From Selaginella moellendorffii (lineage: Eukaryota > Plantae > Lycopodiophyta): a stretch of DNA of 64,000 nt. A program made the position numbers and the translations under genes. Below, piece by piece: positions 9,570-22,808 of this stretch (position 1 is the first letter of the stretch; each line of letters opens with the position of its first letter). The stretch lies in the NCBI RefSeq assembly GCF_000143415.4, contig NW_003314265.1, positions 3,230,529 to 3,294,528 on the forward strand, given 5' to 3'. The notes under the pieces were generated by a model. It ran no database searches. It was not told the origin of the DNA and saw only the letters and a list, made by a program, of their open reading frames with translations.

Positions 9570-12500
9570 CACCAAATAAAGTGTTTGAGATGAGAGTGGT
9601 TGTGAGTATGTGGGAGCTCATATTCAACAGCATCAACTAGCATGTATACTCCACCTCTAATGTGTTGCTGGACAACGTAGAGGCTAGTCCAGTGAGGAGA
9701 GAACTTCAAAAGTGGTAAGGGAAAGAATGTTACTGTCAAACTCAAGGCCTTTGTCCCTTGCTCTGTCTGCTTTTGATGCTTTGAGGGTGTGATCTCCAAT
9801 GTAAGGACTGAAGCCAAGTATTCTGCTAGTGAAGGAAGATACTCCACTGAAGTCGAGTCCAAATTTGGGGCTGAATCTTCAATGCAATACACTTGGATCT
9901 GTACTAGGGGCTCCATAGTAGGAAATTCTGAAGTCAAAGAGATATAGCTTGATTCTTTCTGCCAACTATTTTCTTGAATGTTCCTGAATGCCTCCAAAAA
10001 TAGTATGACAAAAGACACTTGGAGTTGTCAGTTATAGTGATTTTAGTGGGAAAATGCTAGCTATGTGAAACCTCAGACAGTGGCTGAAGAGAATTGGATT
10101 CAGCTACATCCTATGAAAGATGGATTTGATCTGGAGTGACTTTATCATCAAGCTCCATGAAAGAGAGTTGGCCCCAAGTGAGAAACAAATCAAGAAGCCC
10201 ATCCTCAATTGGGAAACACTCCAAAAAGCTAGATATAGAAGCCGGCACAATATAAACCTCAAATAAAGAGAGGCTCGGCTTTACTCTCAAATAAAGAGAG
10301 TGAGGCTAAGAGATCTCTAGAGCTGTTTGACTCACCTCCAACAGTGTTGATCGCATTGCATGAGAAAGTATCCATTGCATATATGGGCAACTCCATTGCC
10401 AACTCGGGGAAAATCTTTGTGAGCTCAAAAGGAAAGTGTGGTGTGGAGATTGTCTTAACCTAAGCCTTCTGGGTGTGCTGAGAAAAAGCTTTACCATGGT
10501 TGTTGAGAAAGGTGGGGCTATGGATTCCATCACTAATTTCCATCTTGCTTTTTGCACTATCAATGGTGCAATGGGTTACAACTTGCCACAAGTGGCCAAG
10601 AATGATAGAGTCTTTCAAAGAGGACATTCCAAGATGTTGGTAGTCAACCACAAGGAAATCTACTTCAGAAATAACACTCTACACCAAGACCTTGACACCA
10701 CAACAAATACCCGCTAGAGGAATAGTGTGATTAGTAAAGGTTTTGAGGATGATGGAGGAGCTCTCAGTGATTTGTAGCTATGTTGAGAGGGCAACTTCAA
10801 GAGAGAGAATGTTGCTCCCAGAACTAAAGTCAACCAAAGCATCCATCTTACAAGAGGAAGTACCAATTTGCACCGAGACGAAGAATGGACCAGGATTTCC
10901 ACCATATCTTGTCCTATTAATAATGTGCACCTCTTGAAGAGTTATGTTGAGAGTGGTCTATGGCGCTCCTGACCATGCAAACTCCTTCAAATGTTGGCTG
11001 AATCCAAGGACAAGGTATAACATATCTCGAAGCGAAAAGGTGACAGGAGTGTCAACAAACTTCTGAAGAACTGGCTCTAGAACATGAATAGCTATTGATG
11101 AGATCCCAATAGAAGAGGAGAGTAGTGACTTGAAGGGGATTTTTATCACAAGATTTGGTTCCAACAGAGATTCACTCTCAACCGATGCTAGGGGATCCAC
11201 GACAAGCTGAGTGGCTGCCTTCTTCTTTGCTTGGGCTTAAGTGGCTACAATTTGCTGCTGCTGTCTATAGAGTTCCTTAGGTACCAAAATCATGTTGACT
11301 GATGAGGCTAGTGCTTTGCCTTTGCTTGACAAAGGGGCTGCCTCAATCGCTTATTGTTCCAACTGCTCCTAGTATGTCTCTAGACCACAAGATGGTGTGG
11401 ACTTGTCAGCGAAGGGACATTGCTAGACACATTGAGAAGGTGGAGGTTGAAGCTTTGGGTGAAGCTTGAAGCAGCATTATGTGTTGTGTGTGGTTGTCTC
11501 ACAGTGAATGTACCAACGGGACTTGAATCGATGTTCCCGAGCTGCAACAGTCTCTTTCCTAGACTCCACAAGCTTATGGAGCAACTCGTCATGGTGTGAT
11601 TGTTGCTGAAGAATGATCTCCTTCAGCTGTCACATCTTGTTGGCAAAGTTCTCAATAGCCAGAGGTGTATGTTAAATGGCGATGGGCTTTGGTGTTGATG
11701 GACGAACAACTACACAAGATGACTTTGATGGGGTGATGGCTTGGTCAAAATCAACTCTGGCAATCCCTAGGTCAACAAGCAGCTCTCTTTCCAGCTTCGT
11801 GGCAAACAAAAATGCCTCACAAAAAGTCCCGAATGTCTTCTTAAGAAGTTTCTACTGCAAGTTCCCGTGCAGACCCGTTGTGAATATTGTGATCCCCTAC
11901 TACTCATTTTGGACCACTCTATGATCCTAACACTGCTTCCAGTACACTCAAAACCTGGTGATATAGTTGGGAACAGACTTGTGAGCACTCTACTAGAATG
12001 AAAAGAGATTGACAAGTAGTTGATTTGTGGGTTTTTCTTAGATAAAACGTTCCCTAAAAGAAGCAAGTAGCATCTGGAAGTCCATCCGGTCCTTTGGGAG
12101 AAGAGAATTTGCCCAAGTTGCCGTTTTGCCTTCGAGAGACTACAAGAAGTCGTGGCACATATGATCATCATTGACAATCATGTTTGTGCTATAGTAGTAA
12201 TCAAAGCGACTGATATATGATGCTGGAGAGATTGTTCCAACACTTGAGAAGGTCAATAGATCACTCCCATTCTGTAAAACATAGAGCTAAGGTTGTGGTT
12301 GTGCCATACCTTGTAGATCTAAGTCACTGGAATCTAATGAGGATGAAGAAGACTCAACCCGAGAAGGTGTTGTGTTATACCTAAACTGCCTCTGGAAGCC
12401 AGAAAGTTTCCTCTGTACCTTAGAGCCTTGAGGTATGGTAAAAGGGTGCCAATTTGCCACACGCCTAATCTGTACCAACATCAAATACCTTGAATACTAC

Positions 12501-12900
12501 AAATGCCTGGTCAAGGCAACTGAATTGACAGGAGCAATAAGGCTATAAACGTCTCTAAAGCACAAAAAGAAGAGCCCTTGGCCAAAATGAATAGCTTAGA
12601 ACCCTTTACCTTGTCCACAAGTTGCTTAAAGTTGCCCAAAATACCCGTGACAAAGAGAAATAAAGTTGAAAATGGAAGGAAAGAGTTGACCCTCAAGATC
12701 AACAATCAGTAAGTAATAACTAGTAATCTATAACTGGAAAAACCCTTTACTCTCGCTCCTACTCCTACTTTTGCACCTACTCCAACACCAACTTCTGTGC
12801 CTACTCCTGCTCCTACACCTCCTCCTACTCCTACTCTTACTCCCTGAAGGTTGCTTCTTTCCCAAGAAACTCTCACAAAAGTTTAGCCCAAAAGAGAAAA
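9570..12900 (-). mobile_element. Highly decayed Ty3/gypsy-type gag-protease remnant
   Basis: Minus-strand fragments: gag-like SLEGKTATWANSL...SFRERFI...NYITRF...IFTTGL (about 11.9-12.2 kb), decayed knuckle WYIHCETTTHNTHN (about 11.5 kb), protease-like MDALVDFSSGSNILS and VDFLVV...IILGHLWQ (10.6-10.85 kb). Many stops; no RT and no paired LTRs seen. Confidence 0.55.
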
Positions 12901-15900
12901 ATAAGTACCTCGGTCTTGATCCTTTACCATTTTGATTGTAAGGAGGCTTGTTGGAAAGAGCTTAACCCCATGTACCACACTACTCAAGGAATTTGTAATG
13001 AAAACACTTCAATATCCTGTAAGATCCAAGAAAACATAGCCTAAAACACAATTTTGTGGAAAAAAATTTGCATATCACTAATCTAGATCAATACCAAGGC
13101 ACTATTGATATTTTCAAAAAGCCCAGGACTAGAAGCACCTCCAAAAATAAATTACATCCAAAACAAAACTCAGAGAAGCATGAATTCTTGCTACAAAGAT
13201 GCTTTTATCTAGCTGGAGAAGAAAATCCTTTTGCATGCTTTAAATTCTCCCAAATTCAGCATGAAGAATCACCTTTTTTTGTAGATTCAGGCCAAATCTA
13301 CAAACCCAAATGCAATGTTTTAAGAAATTGGGCTGAGAATCTAGGCAAGAAAGAAGAAACCCCAAAATGTTCATTAAACTAAGCCAAAAAATGTTGCATT
13401 TCCTCAAATACTAAACAACTTGATGAGTGCCATAGCTTGCTAGAAAGAGGAGCTCAAGACCTATCCAACACATCTAAGATCAAGCCAAACCACCACAAGA
13501 CAAACAAAAAATTGCTTCTCAAAGTCTACAGCCGAAAGGAAAAGAGAGAAATAATACAATAGAAAGTGTTGCACGTCATGCCAAGTTCACCATTTGTTGG
13601 GGGAAGGAGGGGCACCTCCCCCAACACGTACTCAAACACGGGAAATGCTCCAATGCTCTTCATAAATGCCCCCCTTTTTGCCCTTATTGGGTAAGGGTTT
13701 TATACAAAAAAGATGAGGAATATTCTAGAAATCAAAATATTCCCTTTCACTCTCACACTCTCAAAGTGGCCATGCCCTAACAACCTTACGAGTTGTCAAA
13801 TTAACAAAGTACAAAAGCTAGATAATTCAAGTGGAGTTAAAAAATGGTCAAAATGGTCTTAAAGAATTGGTGGAAGCATTTAGACTAAAGTGTGTTGTAC
13901 CGTACAAAGGATTGGGAAGATCATGAGATCCAAATATGAGAATAATAAGTATCTCATTGATGGCAAGACATGCCATACTAAAGTCGTGGCAAGTGTTTAT
14001 GGAAGAAAACAACTTTAGCAATGAGTTGTGTGTGAATATTGTGTTGCAGTGCTAACTAATAATTGGTATAAAAACAACTATTATTGTTTTAGCAAAAAAT
14101 TTGAGGAAGTGTTATAAGGGTAGGATCATAGAGTTGATGGTGTGGAAATACCAAATGTTCCAATGTGTGATATTTTGATGTCAAGTTGACCTTTTGCCAA
14201 AAGAATCCCAATGGAAATGAGATGGGTATAGCCTAAGCTAGAAGGTATGTGATTTGAGTGCATTGACACAAATAATGATAGAATTATGAAAGCACTAGCA
14301 ATGAGTTGTAGGACATGATAATTATAAAGCAATTAAGCAAAGTTTTGAAATAATTTGTTGGAGCTAACTTCTGAGACTTCTTAGTTGGACAAGAAAGATA
14401 TACTCTTGGGGTATAAATAATTTATGTTGCAATATAGTGAATCAATATCATAAAAAGAAATACTCATTATCAAATAAGGCTATCATAAGGACACTTAAGC
14501 ACTCTAAAACACATAGGAAGTGGTATTTGGTATCATGATTGCATTGGATAAGGCTTAAGGGATTAAGTCCCTATTGAAAAAATGGATAGGAGGTGTTATC
14601 AAATGTCCAAGATTGCGAAAACAGAAGTTTGTCTATTTAAATTGAATAAAGTTAAATGGATTTGGCAAGGTTAGTGACAGGCATGCAAACGCCTGTGAGT
14701 AGTAATGTTAATTTAGGTATGTGGGATTACAAAGTGAGCATATCTAAATTAAGAAACCACTCCCTAAGTTATCAAGTAGGTTCATCCCTAAAAATACTTG
14801 TTAAGGCATTATAGAAAATGCAAAACTATCCTCCTAACATGGAGGAAGAAATGTAAAGCCAAAAGCAAGTAATAAAAGGATAGAATTAAACTATAGGAAT
14901 CAAAGGATATAAGCAATTATGGTTATACAAGTTGGGAGTGAAGAATCAAGTGGGTGCTCAAAAATGTTGCTATTGGTAACCGTGTGTGAAACACAAATCC
15001 CTAAGCCCCAAAGTGGAACCGAAAGGGTGCCATGTGGTAGTGGCCAAAGCAGAAGCTAAATGAGTGTAATACGTTTGGACCAAAAGCTCCAATTTGGATA
15101 GTCAAAAGTGGGAGTGGAACTCCCAAAGAAGTGCTCGAGGAACGAGCACGTAGCAAGCAGTAAGTGAGTCTTTAGAAAAGGGATACAAGAAGACTAACAC
15201 ATAACACATAGAAGTGTTAAGATGGAGTCTGAAAAGGAGTCCAAGATAAAGTCCGAGAAGGAGTCTGAAATGGAGTCCAAGAAGGAGTCTAAAATAGACC
15301 CAAGAAGGAGTTTGAGATGGACCTGAGATGGAGTTCGAGATGGAGTTTGAGATAGACTTGTGATGGAGTCCGAGATGGACCTAAGATGGAGTCTGAGATA
15401 AACCAGAGATAGAGTCCAAGATGGACCCGAGATGGAGTCCAAGATAGAGTCCGAGATGGAGTCTGAGATGGAGTCCAAGAAAGACCTGAAATGGAGTCTG
15501 ACGTCAAGATTGAGACTAAGACTAAGTTCGAGACCGAGATCGAGATCGAGTCCGAGTCTGAATCCGAGAAGCATTCATCTCCTAAACCCTGGGGGGTTTG
15601 GTGAGCTCCAAAAGTATAGTAGGAGGAGGACTCTAGTGGAGCCAATTTGGCTAGGAAAGGCTAGTGTGACCAAGGAAGGCTATACTTATGTGTTGGATGA
15701 TGATATAACCACTAAGGAGTCCAAGGCTAGGGTGAATACGGACAGACAAGCAGGGTAGCTTGGTGAAGTGTTCAAGAGCCAGCTTTAGCTCCCTCAGAAG
15801 ATCGAATGGTCGATGCTCCCAATCCAAGTGTAGGTGACACTACCTATTTAGATACCTAGTGTGGCTCATTGAAACCTCGCTTTAGCCCTATGGCTAGGGC

Positions 15901-16419
15901 ACCCAAAGGCAGAAGGTGGGGAGAGTACCCACGAGGTTCACATAGGACCGTAGTGTTTCGAAATATTGTCCCAAAGTCCCAGATTGAGGAAAGGAAGAGG
16001 AGTAGTCCTCTTATGTGGTGACCAAGGATGTGGTCATGTGGCAAGGAAGTCCTAAAGGTTAGCAGGACATAGCGATTGGGCCTTCAAGCCCTAACTCAGC
16101 AGCAGTGTTGGTGAACATGCCCATGGACAAAAAGGGACTTGATGGGGACTGGAAAAGGGATATTGGGGAAGGTTGTTCCTTATGTCTACAGACATCTTAA
16201 GGATGCTAAGGAGTGGATCTGGGATGATCACTTCTGGATGGATGACTCCGTCTTTGGTGATGCAGGTGGTGTTGGACCACTGGAATGACAAAGGTGAATG
16301 GGCATGGCCTTAATTTAATGGGCTAATATGTCGATGGTACCTTTGGTTGTCAAACATGGGATCGAACACGTGGAGCACTTAGACCAAGTGCAAAGGTTGA
16401 GTGGCATAGATGCCATTCT

Positions 16420-16779
16420 TGTCAGGAATCCCCCAATTCTTGCCACATTAATGACTCTCGCTGGATTCCTGACCTGTAAACCACATTCCTGACTCTCAAG
16501 ACACTTCCCTATTCCTGACTCTCGATTTCCCGTACGACTCCTGAGTCTCAAGCCACATTCCTGATGATGATGTGGCGCCTCCTCAACCTCAACTATATTT
16601 AGGCCGTCCTCGATCCAAGAGTGGTGAAGCTTCATCAACCTATAGTATATACAGGTTAGCTTTGTTCCATTTCTCCACAATCTGAATCAACGCCAGTCTA
16701 AGGCCTCTTCTTCATTTCCACTAGCTTTTCTCTTTGTCTTTTGCATTTTCCAGTCTTAATCTTGTTGGGGGTCTTAACA
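16420..16779 (+). repeat. Chromovirus 5' LTR
   Basis: TGTCAGGA...TCTTAACA; internal ATTCCTGACTCTC repeats; TATATA at 16646-16651. Confidence 0.93.
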
Positions 16780-16781
16780 GT

Positions 16782-16796
16782 TTGATTCAGATTGTG
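16782..16796 (+). promoter_or_regulatory. Self-priming primer-binding site
   Basis: TTGATTCAGATTGTG is the exact reverse complement of LTR bases 16676-16690. No TGG-starting tRNA PBS follows the LTR. Confidence 0.8.
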
Positions 16797-16878
16797 TTTT
16801 TTCATTTTTTGCTTTAGCTCATTTTGATTGTTTGACTGCCTTTGCCTTTTTTCCCCCTTTTTTCTTTCTTCTTTGCTG

Positions 16879-17850
16879 ATGGAGTCTCCAAGCCATCCTG
16901 ATTTCTTTGCCAAAGTCCTTGCAAAAATCCAGTCTGAGAATACCGAGCTCAAGGCGACCCTTCTTCGCATGTAGCAGAAGCTTGCTTCACTTTTGGCTCA
17001 AGGATCCAGCAAAGTTTTTGAACCGAAGATGAGTTTCCCAACGAAATTTTCAGGCAAGCGTTCGGAGTTTCGCGGATTCCTGAACCAGATGGAGTTGATC
17101 TTCGCACTTCAACATCGGCAGTACCCCACTTCTGAGTCTCAAATCGACACAATTGGGACATTTCTTGAAGGTGTAGCTTTGTCATGGTTTTCTCCTCTCT
17201 TGGAGAAGAGCATGAAAGGGGTCGTGGTTCTGGAGTTGATGGATCTTCAATTGTTCAAAGAGAAGCTCAAAGCATGTTTTGGCGAGACGGATCGGGTTCG
17301 GGCTGCCACCACAAAGATGAGATGTCTCTCTCAGGGGTCTCGTCTTGCCTTGATCTATGCTGTAGAGTTCCAACTCCTTGCCTTGCACACTCAATGGGAT
17401 GAGCAGGCCTTGATTGATCAATTTCTTTTCGGCCTCAACAATGGTGTCAAGGATTTGTTGCTCACCATGGAGGATCCCACATACCTGTTGGACGCCATCA
17501 ACAAAGCTGTTCGATGCAACAATCATCTCTTTGAACGTCGTCAGGAAAGTCGTTGTGCCGCCGTTTTCCCGTCCCAGACTCAGGAATCCCAGCTTGAGTC
17601 TTCGGGGCATACTCCTAAACCTACTATTCCGGTCCCAATAGATATTTCTGGTACTCCCCGACTCATTAGAGGGAAGTTGAGTCTTGCTGAGAAGCAACGT
17701 CGAGTATCTCATAATATTTGCCTCTACTATGCTGATCTTAATCACAAAGCAGCTGTGTGTCCCAAGAAGCCTCCCCGACTGCTCGAGTTCACTTTGCCTC
17801 AAATTCCACTTCTATTGCAGTCGGGAAACGACTCTGTCCAAATAGAGTAG
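16879..17850 (+). pseudogene. Chromovirus gag (PEG10/sushi-like) with decayed CCHC knuckle
   Basis: ATG at 16879, premature TAG at 16972-16974; PTKFSGKRSEFRGFL, LSQG, FLFGL and CLYYADLNHKAAVCP motifs. Confidence 0.9.
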
Positions 17851-17867
17851 GAGCTGTTTGTTTGGAC
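17823..17867 (+). promoter_or_regulatory. -1 programmed ribosomal frameshift signal
   Basis: G GGA AAC in gag phase, 6-nt spacer, then stem 17836-17846/17857-17867. The protease ORF is in the -1 frame. Confidence 0.8.
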
Positions 17868-20800
17868 TCCCCGAATAAAAATCACTTTTCCTCTTTATCA
17901 AGCTCCTCACCACCTTTCATCAAAGCCACCACCAATTCCCGCAACTTCCGCATCCCATGTCTCCTTTCTTTCACCGGAAAATCAGGACTCAAGGCTCTGG
18001 TGCTACGGGACTCGAGTGCAACTTCCTGCTTCATGGACACGGACTTTGCTGCCCAACATCACATTCCTCTTTCTCCTACCATACGGGATCTGAGGGTTGA
18101 AGGCATCGGCGGGCATTTTGTGTCTCCATCTTCTAGACTTAGGGAAACGTTGCCCGTTCGAGTACACATTGGGTCCACCGTCACCGATATCGCCTTCAAC
18201 ATCATTAACAGTAAGTCCTCCTCTGTGATGCTTGGCCTTCCTTGGTTCCAACTACATCAGCCTCATATCTGTGTGAAGGAATTACAGCTCGTCTCTCCCA
18301 CATCACCATCTCCCACGGCTTCCCCTGCTGTTCATCGAATCTGAATCAAGAAAAGTTCCCTAAACTCAAATCGGGGTTTTATTCCTGACTCTACGAAGTT
18401 TTCACCCTCTTCTTTTTCCTCTCTTCCATCTTACACTGGAAAGTATCCTCGTCTCATCATTCCATTTAGTCGTATGCCTCCTCCTATCTCCACAATCACC
18501 ATGAAAGAAGTTCTTCATGAAGAACCTATTTTCCTTTTTGCTTTGCATATTTCTCCTATCAGTTTTCCTGAGAAGTATCATGATTTTGGGGATGTGTTTG
18601 ACAAGAAAAAAGCTAGTGTACTACCTATTCATCGGCCTTATAACTGTCCCATTGATTTACAGGAAGGAGCGTCACCTTTGTGGGCGCCTATCTACGGGTT
18701 ATCCCTGTCTGAGCTTAAGGCTCTCAAAGAGTACGTGGATGAGAACTTTGCCTCGGGGTACATTCAACATTCGCAGTCCCCAGCTGGAGTGCCTATCTTC
18801 TTTGTCAAGAAGAAGGATGGGAGTTTGCGGCTAGTCATCGACTACTGAGGTTTGAACAAGGTGACTGTTCAAAATTGTTATCCGCTGCCTCTGATCTTGG
18901 ACCTGTTAGAACGCCTCGGTGGTGCCCGCTTCTTCACCAAGATCGACCTCCGTAGAGCATACAACCTGATCCGGATCCGGCCTGGTGATGAATGGAAGAC
19001 TGCATTCTGAACTCGCTATGGCCACTTCGAGTACACTATCATGCCATTTGGCTTGACAAATGCTCCAGTAGTTTTCCAACACATGGCGAATGACGTCTTT
19101 CGAGAGTTTCTTGATTAGATGGTGATCGTCTACCTCGATGACATCCTCATCTACTCAAAAACTCAGGAGGAGCATGACGAGCATGTGCGTAAGGTGCTGG
19201 CGAAGCTACGGGAACACGGCCTATACGCGAAGCTTGAGAAATGTTCCTTCGATCAGGAGTCTGTGGAGTTCCTTGGGTACATTTTCACTTCTGAGGGTAT
19301 CACGATGGATCCTGCCAAAGTCAAGACTATTCTCAAATGGGAGCCTCCACAATCAATGTCGGACATTCAAGTTTTCCTTGGCTTCACCAACTTCTACTAC
19401 AAATTCATTGATCACTACTTTGACATTGTCCTTCCACTCACGCATCTCACTCGCAAGGATGTTCCCTTCTCTTGGTCTACTGCTACCCAGCAGGCCTTCA
19501 GTTCTGCTCCCGTCTTGATCCATGCTGATCCCTCACAACCTTTCTTCATCGAGGCTAATGCCTCTGACTTTGCCATTGGTGCTGTGTTGTCTCAACTCGG
19601 AGCGGATCAAGAATTTCATCCGGTTGCCTTCCATTCTCAGAAATTCCAGCCTGCGGAGATCAATTATGAAATCCACGACAAGGAGCTCCTTGCCATCGTG
19701 GATTCCTTTGGAGAGTGGCGTCATTTCTTGGAGGGGGCGGGCCATCAAACAACGGTCTGGACGGATCACAAAAATCTTGAGTACTTTGCCACTTCCCAAG
19801 TTTTGAGCCGTCGTCAACAATTCCTAAGTCGGTTTGACTTTGTTATCAAGTACAGACCTGGAAAGCTTCAAGGCCTTCCTAATGCTCTTTCAAGGCGCTC
19901 CTATCTCAGTCTCAGGCCTAGTAATCCTGCCTTCGATCAACAGGATCAAGTTATCCTCAGTCTTGATCGGCTTCAAGTTATGGCAATTTCCCTGGCCCCT
20001 CAAGACTCCTCCTTGATGGATGCAATCAGAAACGATCTTCAATCTGATGACCTCGCCAGCGACATTTTCCCCCATCTTCAGGCTGGACACTCAATGACTC
20101 CCGACTGCCGGCGATTTGACAAGTTTGAGTTCTTAGATGGCTTGTTGTACCATGGGGAGCAGCTTTACGTTCCTAAAGATGATGCTCGAAGGTTGGCCCT
20201 GATGGCGTGCCACGATAGCCCGACTGCTGGTCACTTCGGCATTGCAAAAACCTATGAGCTGGTTGCACGGGACTTTTGGTGGCCTCACATGGACGACTAC
20301 ATCAAAGCTTTTGTTACCTCCTGTGACACTTGCGCCCGGAATAAGGTACCTAGCCACCTTCTTTTAGGTTTGCTTCGTTCCCTCCCGGTCCCTTCAGGTC
20401 CTTGGGAATCCATCTCCATGGATTTCTTGAGTGATCTTCCGAGTTCTGGAGGCTTCAACAGCATTTTAGTCATGGTGGATCGCTTCACAAAGATGGCGCA
20501 CTTCCTGCCATGTACCAAGAAGTTTTTGGGTGAGGACATGGCAAAACTGGTATTCAGGGAAATTTTCTGATTTCATGGGATTCCTACAGATGTGGTTTCG
20601 GATCGGGGACTTTAGTTCATCTCTCATTTCTGACAACAGTTTTTGCAACTTCTTGGAGTGAAGGCCAACCTCTCCTCGGCGTATCATCCTCAAACTGATG
20701 GACAGTCCGAGTGAACGATTCAGACGTTGGAACAATTCCTGAGGTGCTTCATCAACTATCATCAGGATGACTGCTTCGATATCCTTCCCCTTGCTGAGTT

Positions 20801-21100
20801 CTCCTATAACAACTCTGTTCACTCCTCTCCGAGTTTTCCCCTTCTTTGCGAACTCTGGCCAAAATCCCTAATTTAATCTCTCACTTCCTTCTCCATCTGA
20901 ATCCTCTCGTTCAAATCCCCGCTCTGAGGCATTTGTCTCCAACCTCCAAGAAATCCACAACTCCATCTCCTTCCACCTCCATCGTGCTCTGGAATCTCAC
21001 AAAACATTTGCCAATGTCCATCGTCAGGATTGTCCCTCTTATAATATCGGGGATAAAGTCTGGCTCCTCAGGTGAAATATCTCCACCACTAGGCCATGTC

Positions 21101-21681
21101 TTTCGCGAATGTGACTTCGGGTATCGAAAGATGCTCGTCGACCAGTCCTTATGGACACTCTTTCCTTACTGCTATGACGGCAGGAGATCGGTACAGTTGG
21201 ATCCCTTTAGTAGCCCTTCTTGTGCTAGTGGAGTTAACTGGGCATTTCGAGTGTACTTAGACCGGACGAGCATAAGGGAGGAATTCCTACGTGCTATTAG
21301 CTAAGCATACTTAGCCTGGTAAGGAGTTCCCATTTCGTTATGTCTTGCACTGGCTAGTGACAAGAACATCGTGTATTGAGACTAGTCCCTCAATATCACT
21401 GGATGATAGCTTACCGTGTTTGTCAAACACCCTCGCTATCACGCCCTTTATGTTGGTCTCATTTCGGTCCCAAATGCTATTTATGGAAAGTGTCTAGATT
21501 AGCTCATTTGGCATATCTACGAAATGTAGAGATCAGCCTGACCATAATGGTCTTCATCTTGTGTCCAAATTCGCAATCTAGTGCCATTCCATATTTAGTA
21601 AGTTTCAAGTTTGTCCCAGAGACTAACTCCTGGTACTAAGGGAGGCTTGGGGTGAAAGCCCAAAGTGTGTGTTCCTCAAGC

Positions 21682-21712
<31 letters not shown>

Positions 21713-22029
21713 CCAAATGTATAGTAGGGATAATGGTTGGAATGCATGTCCGACCACCTAAGACATTAGTTTGGCTCCCGCTGGGCTATGTCGCTCCTTG
21801 TTCTATGTCTGGCTTGGGTCTAAGCCCAAGCTCCACGCTGCTCTAGTCAGTGGGGTACCCTCCTCCTTGTGTTAGGCCACCGGTATGCCAAAATTGTGCC
21901 AGACTCCATCTGACACTATTTTGCGTGCAAGTGCTGGATACGGGGAGTTGGTGTTCATGGGATTGTACTAGACCCTCGTTTCATAGTGCAACAAGCTTGG
22001 AGTTTGGCTCCAAATTCAGGTGCGCTACA
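21101..22029. mobile_element. 929-bp solo LTR of a third family inserted in the integrase C-terminus
   Basis: TSD ATGTC (21096-21100 and 22030-22034); termini TTTCGCG...CGCTACA. Removal restores TTRPCPKLDFKHLSPF. Confidence 0.8.
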
Positions 22030-22506
22030 ATGTCCCAAACTTGATTTCAAACACCTCAGTCCTTTCCCTATCACTGCCATCATTAATCTTGTCACTTATC
22101 GCCTTGCACTTCCCTCCTCATATCAAATTCACCCCATTTTTCACTCCTCTCTACTTGAGCCTTATATTTCCAGTCCTATTCCAAATCAGGTCATTCCTCC
22201 GCCTCCACCAGTGCAGCTCGAGGATGGGTCTGAGTACAAGGTTCAGGATATCCTTGATTCCAAGATCTCACGGTCTAAACTCTACTATCTAGTCGACTGG
22301 AAGGGTTATGGACTTGAAGAACGCACTTGGGAACTTGCGGACAACCTGATTCATTCTCCTAACCTTGTTCAGAACTTCCACCGCCACTATCCTTCTCGTC
22401 CCAGTCCTCATTCTTTTTCTCCATCTCCCGTCCCTTGCCGCCCATCTCATCCTCCTCTTCGTTCTCATTCACGTCCTCGTTCCACTCGTTCTTGAGGAGG
22501 GGGTGC

Positions 22507-22808
22507 TGTCAGGAATTCCCCAATTCTTGCCACATTCCTGACTCTTGCCGGATTCCTGACCTGCAGACCACATTCCTGACTCTCGAGACACTTCCCTATT
22601 CCTGACTCTCGATTTCCCATTCGACCTTAGCTATATTTAGGCTGTCCTCGATCCAAGAGTGGTGGAGCTTCATCAACCTATAGGTTAGCCTTGTTCCATT
22701 TCTCCACAATTTGAATCAACGCTAATATAAAGTTTTTTCTTCATTTCCACTAGTTTTTCTCTTTGTCTTTTGTATTTTCCAGTCTTGATCTTGTTGGGGG
22801 TCTTGACA
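22507..22808 (+). repeat. Chromovirus 3' LTR
   Basis: Homologous to the 5' LTR but lacks about 50 bp of U3 and the TATATA segment. Confidence 0.93.

Larger units (their letters stand above)
17823..22495 (+). pseudogene. Chromovirus pol (protease, RT, RNase H, integrase, chromodomain)
   Basis: LRDSSATSCF (PR); FFVKKKDGSLRL and YLDD (RT); ANASDFAIG and DHKNL (RH); HDSPTAGH...CDTC, SMDF and SDRG (IN); YKVQDILDS...YLVDWKGYG (chromodomain). Several premature stops; interrupted at 21101-22029. Confidence 0.93.
16420..22808 (+). mobile_element. Full-length Ty3/gypsy chromovirus (Tf1/sushi/Tcn1-like), inactivated
   Basis: LTRs 16420-16779 and 22507-22808 (TG...CA), TSD ATTCT (16415-16419 and 22809-22813), PPT at 22494-22506, domain order gag-PR-RT-RH-IN-chromodomain. 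Confidence 0.95.

Noticed and set aside
12908-12935. Possible PBS (minus-strand TGGTAAAGGATC after CA) of the gag-protease remnant
   Set aside because: I cannot match it to a tRNA and found no second LTR to confirm the boundary.
16553-16576. CTGATGA in the chromovirus LTR as a hammerhead ribozyme (retrozyme) core
   Set aside because: No suitably placed GAAA or three-stem junction; it is a simple hairpin and is absent from the 3' LTR.
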